A stretch of 64,000 nt of DNA. Origin: Octopus vulgaris. Taxonomy: Eukaryota. Positions 55,901 to 64,000 of this stretch are shown here, piece after piece. Location: positions 143,344,001 to 143,408,000 of the forward strand of contig OX597816.1 of assembly GCA_951406725.2 (NCBI GenBank). The letters run 5' to 3'. Numbering within the stretch: the stretch's first letter is position 1; every line of letters begins with the position of its first letter. The position numbers and the translations under genes were made by a program. The notes beneath the pieces are model-generated. The model saw only the letters and a list, made by a program, of their open reading frames with translations, made no database searches and was not told the origin of the DNA.

Positions 55901-57340
55901 GCTCTATGACCTGGAAGATCCGTTGCTGCTTGACCATGTCCACAATGGAGCAATCGGAAATTCCAGCCTATATGGATCTGCCAGCTAAAAGCGGCTTAGC
56001 AGTTCCTGGAAGCAAGAATTATCTTTTCTATCTGTACACAAGCCAACATAATCTACGTGTGCGTCGCAAATTGTGTTATAGTCTCTTAGCACAATTAAAG
56101 AATGTGATGTACCAAGAAACTTCTCCAGATTCCGAAAATATTCTCTTTGTCCAGTTGTTGTGGGTGCATAAATTGCAACAAGTCTGATAATCTTACCATG
56201 GCTGAACGTCAAATCCATGATGACCAGCCTATATTCTGGATCTGAAAAAATTAACTTTTTCTCAGAACCCCGGTTTCTTTTAAATAGGACCAACACCCCA
56301 CTTCTGCTAGGACAGCCCAGAGAGGAAAAACTCTTGTAACCATCCAACAGCGGGAGCAGATCTCTTGGCCCCCTTAACTGGGTTTCTGTAGCAACAATAA
56401 CATCCAAATTATGCGACCTGATGTCATTCAGGAAGTGACCTTGCTTCCAGCTTGACACCAGGCTACGCACATTTATACAACCTACATGAATGTTTGACAT
56501 GACTCAGTGGTTCGAAGGGGATTCACCTTCTTCCTCTTTTTCTTTCTCTCATGGGTTTTTTTTTTACATAGGCCCTCGTAGATATATGGAGAGAAGTCCA
56601 TCCTGAAAGGGCCCACATCATGAAAAAATTTGGACTTAATACTTCCGGCCTATCCTGTAGATGAGAAAGTCTTTTGATGACATTTTTCTACCTGTTTGGC
56701 AGATGAAATAGATGCCAAACAGTTAATCAGTCTATTATTTGATCCCTTGATGGCCATGTAATTAATGTCCTTTTCTTTTTCATTTTTCTCTCTTTCTTTC
56801 AGTTTGGTAAGGGCAGTCTGTGTCTTTTTTCTTCTGTTTTTAAAAACAGTCGACCACCCCTCCTTTTTCTTTACCATTGCACTCTTCCTCTGATTTTGAT
56901 GGTAGTGGTGTTGTCTCTGCTGATGTAGATGACACCCCACTGTTGCTGTTCCTCCTTCCTTTTCTTTCTGCAATTTTTTTGCGGATTGATATTCGGACCT
57001 TATATGGCCCTTTAACCCGCATTTAAAATATCTTGGCTTCCTGCCTTTTATGAAGATGATCAGTCTCTCTTCACTGATATTTATTATCTCTGAAATTTCT
57101 TCCAGCACAGGGACCTCTGCCTGAATCAACATGTTCAAGCATTGTCCCTTCCAATTCACTTCCTCCACCACTGTGGCCTGGAGAATGGTGATGTCTTCTT
57201 CCTGGTTCATTATTATGGCTGCCACTAGCCAGGCAGCATCTACTTCCTGAAGAATATTTGTAATTTTTATTTTCAATGTTCTTCCCATATATATGGGAAG
57301 AACATTGCAAGTTGATGCAGGTAGTTTATCCTGTCCCCCT
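52980..57340 (-). mobile_element. L1/Tx1-clade LINE, near full length and degenerate (ORF1 plus ORF2)
   Basis: ORF1 knuckle xFKCGLKGHIRSE. ORF2 has APE (CINVRSL, IYAP, SDH, GPGYWKLN), RT (KAPGLDGLPYELY, DQSKAFDRV, QGCPLSP, AYMDD) and a C-terminal CPRC knuckle at about 53590. Ends are approximate. Confidence 0.9.
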
Positions 57341-58010
57341 CCAGCTTTTAGTTCATGCAATTGAAAAAAAACACATTATTTATGGGATGACCCAATATTT
57401 AAATGCATCAAATAACATTTTGTTTCTAGAAACATATCTTTCAAAAATTAGGGTCAAACAGTTTGACAAGAGCTGCTCCAGACTTCTGCATCTGATTTGG
57501 CACAGTTTTTACAGCTGGATGCCCTTCTTAATACCAACCATCTAGCAGAGTGGACAGTGCTTTTTACGTGGCACAAACACAGGCAAGGTCAGTTTTGGCA
57601 TGGTTTTTAGGGCTGGTGCCCTTCCAAATGCCAACCACTTTACAGTGTGTATTGGATGCTTTTTGCATGACACCAATGCTGGCAGGGTCACCAAGTAACT
57701 TGCAAGACAAAGATCTTTTGAGAGGAGAGGGGACATTAGAGGAGTTGATCTTGTATCAGACTTGTATTTATTCCACCTGAGTTACACAGCCACTCCTTTA
57801 TCATTCTCAACATTAGAAATGATCAAGGGAAAAAAGAACTCCAAAACTAGTCTAAGGTGAACCTGAACCATTGTAGTTCAGAAACCACTACAAAAGCCTG
57901 CCATATATTTTGTCTCTTCATCATAAGTTGGTAATACTTTGGTGTTTTTACTTCACATTTTTGTATTGTTTTTGTTATTAGTAAACTTAAAAAATTTATT
58001 TATTCTCTAG

Positions 58011-58205
58011 CTTTCTTCAAAGTTGACCATGCCTGTTTTGACATCAACAGAGAAGCCATTATTTTCACAACCTGTTCGATTTAGATTTGCAAATTGGCAA
58101 ATGTTAAAGGATTATAAAAAAAGACAGACAATCAAAGAACAGTATACAGAGCGTTTAAGAATCAATGCCATACGTAAAAATACAATACTACCTAAAGAGT
58201 TAAGA
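58011..58205 (+). CDS. MRPS14: Mitochondrial ribosomal protein S14 (uS14m), exon 2
   Basis: ctctag|LSSKLTMP...NWQMLKDYKKRQTIKEQYTERLRINAIRKNTILPKELR|gtaagt. 195 nt. Confidence 0.93.
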
Positions 58206-61200
58206 GTAAGTATATACAGTATTTCATTTTTAAAAGATTACTCATTTATGTGTGTTCGTCTTAGTTTGCTATTAGTGTATTGTTAATGCAGAGTCTACTA
58301 ACCTACTCTGCCATGAAGAAAGTAAATGGAACCTTGTTGCTAGACTGATTAAGCCAATCTCACTAATAATATTTCATCTAAAGACATCATAAAATAAACC
58401 AGTGTTTGAACTCAAGACAAGGGCACAGTACCTTAACTTCTCAGTTTCTGTGCCTTTATTGAATGTAATATTTAAGATAGTTAAATCTAAGGCTAAGTTA
58501 GTACAACCTGTACTTATGTATTTTATAAATGCTTGCACATTATGAAATTTGTTAGTTACAAAATTTAAGGTACACTAATGTCTTGTGCACAAAAGCATTA
58601 TGTTTATATGGTCAGTTTTAAGAAAAGGGATGGAAAAGTCACTTACTCCAGAAATTATTTCAGCTACTATAGAAGACATATTTGAAAAATATTTTTTACA
58701 AACATGTGCATCTGGGGGTGAAAGCCTTACAATAGACTCATTGATATAAGATATTGCTTTATGTACTCATAGTATAAGGCTTTAGTTTATAATCTGCTAG
58801 TTTCTTTGTCCTGTGGCTTTTTTTAATGTTTATTTTTTTAAAAACTAAAACTACTTTTACTACAACATGGAATGGATTTTTTTTTAATAGTTTAATCTCA
58901 AGGAAGGAAAACTAGCAAGATAACTGCAGGCTGATAGTTGCAGGAAAATATAAGCAAAGAGGAAATTTCAGAGGATTGATGTTTTGATGAGAAAGGATTT
59001 GATAATTTAGTGCTGGGCCTGGCAAAAGAGTCACAATATAGGTGACAAGATGATTCAGTGAAAGTACATCTGCTATGAGTAGCACATTTGTAAACCATAA
59101 AAGCTTAACCCTCTAGAATTTAAACCAATTATATCTGGCCCAAATATTCTACCCGTTTTATGTTCAAAATGGCCAGATCCAGCCTGTCACACCTACCATA
59201 CAATATCATTCTGAAAATAAGTATTACATAATCAAAATCTTGAAGCTATGAGATAATGCATAATTAATTCAAAAATATGTGGATAAATAAGCATTACATT
59301 TGACAATAATCTGAATGCTAAAGACTTGTTTAGGCTTAGACTGTTGGGACAGAACTGAAAACATTGAGCTTCACTGATGAGATACATAGATAGATGCACC
59401 CAACTTATGCTAGTATGGAAAACAGACTTAGAAGTGATGATGAACTTAATTTACCTTTTAGAAATAAAACAATGCTAAAGCACACTGCAAGTTTCAATTA
59501 TATATTAACAATGAAATTTATCTCATAGCAGTTATACTTTTGAAAAGGTATGAATATAAATGAATTAGTTGACACAAATACATTAACAGAAGTAAATAGG
59601 AGATGGACATTTTTCAAGTGTAATTACTTATAAGAGCCTTTGTCTGAACAATTCATGATCAAGGTATGGCTGATTAATAAGGTAAAAAGAGCAAACACAA
59701 AATTTGAATATTTATCCAATTATTTTCTGTCTTTAGCTCTGTCTTTTATAAGGTGTATTGATTTTCTTCTTTATTTGAAATTGATATCATTAGTTGTATG
59801 TAAACATTATTTTCAAATGATTGAGTGCTATGGGTTTTCTACACTACTAATTTCTGCTGGATGAAACTATAAGAAAACATTTGCAACCAAATCATTAATG
59901 CATAATGAAAATTTTGCCAATAAGGAAGTCCTGTGGGAATGTTGAGGAATCATTTAACTTGAATAACCTAGTGGGATTGGAAGGGAAAGATGGCATAACA
60001 GCTAGTACAGATAATACCTGAACCATGATATACTGATTTTTATTCTATAACAGTTAAGAGAGGTAGGCACAAACTTTTTGTCAATTTTTTCTAATATGTT
60101 TGTGTTCACTGGGTTGTCAAATTTCTAGGTTAATCATAAAATCTTCAAATCTGAGCATGAAGGCACCTAAAAAAATCTGAGAATAGACTGACACTTGGTA
60201 GTATCTTAATTTTGAGCACAACTTGGACACTACATGCTCCGTGTATTCAACAAATTTTTGATAATTATTCAAACTTATTGAACTGACTTATTGTGCAGTT
60301 ACAAATGTATGCTGATGTTTACATGGTATAATTAGATAACAAGCTCAAATCTAAAAAGTTTTGTATGATTTACAGAATGAAGATATATTTGGGAACCTCT
60401 ATGATGACATTGTGCAGAAAGCAGTCATCATTTCATATCAGAACAGAAGTGGTAATACTTGTAAAACTCTCAGATGAATTGGAATTAAGGAAGGTACATT
60501 TCTTTTAACGGCCTTCAGCATCATAGATGTGTATTTTGAAGCCAAAACTGCAATATTCTCTTCTGTAGATCAATGCTTTGATAAAATTACTAGGTATTTT
60601 TCAAGGCTAAAGACATTGCTTCTAAAGCAAGGAGAACATCTCAGAAATCAATTTTATTAAGGAAAGACAGTTTCAATGAGAGTGATATTCTTTGACAGCT
60701 CAAAGTCTGGCATGCCTTCTTATCAGAGACTTGTACAATTTGACAATTTTTACTGGTAGACCTTGCAACTCTTTGGTCTAGAAAGACAAGGGAGGTTAAA
60801 TTCTCTGGCTGTATTTTAATATGATAAAGAATGAACAAATAAAATAAATTTGATTGGAGTTAATGCAGAATTTGCTTCCTGAAATAAGAATAGGCAAAAG
60901 AACTTTTGCAGATTCTGTTAAGTTGGATGGTAAACTGAATTAATGATAATAATGTTTTGTAATTGTAACTGCTTTTCCCATTAGAATGGCAAATTGATAT
61001 TTTACTCCATATGTTTTAAATATTAACACCTGTGATTCTGTTGTAGAAGCTTGCTTCCCAACCATATGGTTTTGGGTTCAGCCCCACTACACCACCTTGA
61101 GCCAGTGTCATCTATAACTCCTGGCCAACTAAAACCTTGAGAATGGATTTAGTAGATGGAAACTGAAAGAAGCACATGATAATTATAAATGAGTGCTACC

Positions 61201-62244
61201 ATCATACATGTCTTGTTATTCATTTCCAATCTTTCATGAAAAACATATCTAGCCATGGGGAAGTATTACCTTGCTTAGAAACAGGTGAGTGTTGGTGACA
61301 GGAAGGACATCAAGTTGTAGAAAATCTGTTTAACCCAAGTATGGAAAAGTGAACATTTTCCATACTGGCATTTATTGAAGCTGGATGCCCTCCCCGTTAC
61401 CATCACTTACCTGTTTCTAAATAAGGTGGTATTTCCCTAAAGGCATGTTTTTTTTTACAAACGATGCCATGTCAAGAAAAGACATGCACATATATATATA
61501 TATTTATATAAATAAACTGCGCTTGCGAAGACCTGTTGAGTCAAATGAGGTCATTGTCGTGGCTGATGACAGTTCTGCTTGATTGGCACTCATGCCAGTG
61601 GCATATGAAAAGCACCATTCAAGCGTGGTTGATGCCAGTGCCGGTGGCATGTAAAAAGCACCTTTTGAGCATGGTCACCTGGCTGGCACATGAAAAGCAC
61701 CATTCAAGCATGGTCAGTGCCAGTGCTGGCTGACTGGTCCCATGCCAGTGGCCTGTAAAAAGCAACATTCAAGTGTGGTTGATGCCAGTGGCATGTAAAA
61801 AGCACCCATTACACTCTTGGGGTGGTTGGCATTAGGAAGGGCATTCAGCTGTAGAAACTTTGCCAGATCAGAGTGGAGCCTGGTGCAGCCTTCTGGCTTA
61901 CCAGCCCTCAGTCAAACTGTCCAACCCATGCCAGCATGGAAAGTAGATGTTAAACAACGATGATGATGATGTGACAAGCTTCTTTCAGTTTGTCTCAAAT
62001 CCTTTCAGAAGGCTTTGATTGACCCAGAGCTTTAGTAGAGGACACTTGTCTGAAGTGCTGCACAGTGAGGTTGAACCTGAAGCTATGTGGTTGGGAAGCA
62101 AACTTGATAACCATACAGAGAAATAAAGCATGTAGGTAGAAGTAAAAGACATTATCAGTGGCTTGGAAAATTATTACTACACTAATATCTTTTAAGTGTT
62201 TGTATAAAATATTTTCTTCATTTGATTATTTTCTAAATTCATAG

Positions 62245-62427
62245 GAAGTTGCTGATGAAGAAGTAGCTGCTCTTCCAAGGAACAGTTCAATAGTGAGAAT
62301 TCGTCAACGTTGTGTTTTAACTTCCAGACCAAGAGGTGTTCTAAGACGGTGGCGTCTAAGTCGCATTATGTGGCGTCATTTAGCTGATTACAACCAACTT
62401 TCTGGTATCACTAGAGCTTGTTGGTAA
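62245..62427 (+). CDS. MRPS14: MRPS14 exon 3 (protein 144 aa in total)
   Basis: catag|[60 protein letters not shown], the S14 signature. AATAAA follows at about 62488 and about 62535. Confidence 0.96.
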   Translation, partial: EVADEEVAALPRNSSIVRIRQRCVLTSRPRGVLRRWRLSRIMWRHLADYNQLSGITRACW

Positions 62428-62581
62428 TATGTGTGTGTGTGTGTAATGCTTTTGTATTCTTTTTTCATACAAAATCCCTTATATTTAATAAATTATTTAA
62501 AATAATTTCTTTATTGTTTATTTTTCTGTTTTTAAATAAAATCCTTAATTTAAACTCGCTCTAAATTTCAAGTGCTTTTTA

Positions 62582-63780
62582 TGAGGTTGGCAACTAAGTT
62601 CCCGCGGTTTTTTAAAATTTAAATTGTTTAAAAGGTTTAATAAAAAATAACAACTAATTAATCAATAATGTATTCACCCTTGTTGTTTGCAACTTCTTCC
62701 CAAAGTTCAACAAGATTTTCAATACCTTGTTGGGAGAAATCATCCGATTTCGACTTGAAAATTTGATCCAACCAAGCTCTCAATTCTGCATCAGTATTGA
62801 ACGAAACTCTATGCATAGCATTTGAAAGAGATCGAAAGAGGTGGAAATCGATTGGTGCCAAATCAAGAGAGTACAGCAGGTGTGACAGCACTTCCCAGCC
62901 ATGCGTTTGAATGGCTTCCTTAGTCATATTGGCGATATGAGGGCGGGCATTGTCATGCTGCCAATTAGGTCTTTTCTCTTGAATAGCCATGTGAGTCATT
63001 CCATCTGTTGAACATAAAGTTCTGTGTTGACCATTTGGTTCTGTTCAAGCAATTCGTAATGGATAATGCCTTCTCAGTCCCACCATACGCACAACATTGT
63101 TTTACGCAGATGAAGATTTTGTTTCACGCCCGGTGTCGCTTGTTTACCACAGCAAAGCCATTCCTTATGCTGCTTCATATTGATGTACAGGCACCATTTT
63201 TCATTGCCAGTAACGATTCAGTAAAGAAATTGTTGCTTGTGTCCATGAGTTGAGCGGTGACGAGCAAGCAAACCAGTGGAGATTGTGGCTCATTGATTTT
63301 TAATTGTTGTCACTTAAAGCATGTGGAACCCATGCTCCATACTTCTGAACCTTTCCCATTGAGTGAAGATGCTTCTCTATAGCAGTGTGGGAGCACTCCA
63401 TTTTCTCTGCCAGTTCCCTTGTCGTTTGGTGAGAATTTTCATGCAAAAGTTGGTTTAATTGCTCTTCATCGAACTCAACTGGACAGCCAGAACGAGGTGT
63501 GTCTTTGAGGTCAAAATTTCCATTTTTGAACTTGGCATACCAATTACAAGCGGTTCTTTCAGCTGTGGCACCCTCTCCATACACAGCACTAATGTTGTAA
63601 GCAGCTTTTGCAGCCTTAGAACCTTGATTAAAAGCAAAAAGGAGGAGGTGTTGAAAATGCTCATTTTTCTTAACTTGACATTCCATTTTAATGATCTGAA
63701 AATAAACAAAAATTAACTAAAATTAACTAGGAAAAAAAAAAAATTTTTAAAAAACGGCAGGAGCTTAGTTGCCTACCCAA
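62582..63780 (-). mobile_element. Mariner transposon with broken transposase
   Basis: TIRs ggttggcaactaagttccc / ggagcttagttgcctaccc, TA flanks. Motifs WVPHAL, HDNARPH, YSLDLAPIDFHLF. Confidence 0.92.
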
Positions 63781-64000
63781 TATATTTGTGTGATGAACTG
63801 CAAAAACTTCTAAAACATTTTCAGGGCTTCCAAAACTGAAGGATTGGTATAAGTGATATAATAGTATTCAGTCTACATTTCCCATTCAATAACCACTATT
63901 TTGCATCCCACTTCAATTTTGTTAGACTGATAAAATGATAAATTATACTCAAATGCACAGCTGAGATTGATTATCGGTAGGAAAAATACATAGCTCAAAA

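Noticed and set aside
58206-58286. ORF-track extension of MRPS14 exon 2
   Set aside because: It is read-through past the gtaagt donor; homology continues at 62245.

Overview
Eukaryotic, AT-rich, repeat-dense DNA. It is most likely an Octopus/cephalopod genome; this is inferred from the tRNA-derived SINEs, RTE LINE tails ending in (GAT)n and very long (TA)n tracts. Three spliced genes can be read directly. An MPV17-family gene lies on + (7 coding exons, about 11640-41413). A compact eEF1A gene lies on - (5 coding exons, 41805-43704, plus a TATA/5'TOP first exon at about 44607-44632), tail-to-tail with MPV17. MRPS14 lies on + (3 exons, 44910-62427), head-to-head with eEF1A across a promoter of under 300 bp. 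Introns and flanks contain RTE and Tx1/L1 LINE relics, a two-LTR Gypsy element, three mariner elements, a Merlin/IS1595-type transposase relic, MITEs with TSDs, a non-autonomous Helitron, SINEs, a 156-bp minisatellite and kb-scale (TA)n. The most unusual observations are: (1) a TSD-flanked inverted dimer of a tRNA-headed SINE carrying minimal type-I hammerhead ribozyme motifs, plus a separate hammerhead; (2) a Gypsy element whose PBS position base-pairs with its own LTR over the ATTAAA signal; (3) an 80-bp tandem duplication in the MPV17 terminal exon and a missing donor after its first coding exon; (4) a second TOP-like mini-exon or AG|GT site in eEF1A intron 1. Most (IY)n ORFs in the track are microsatellite artefacts. 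All calls were made by eye, with no database searches.
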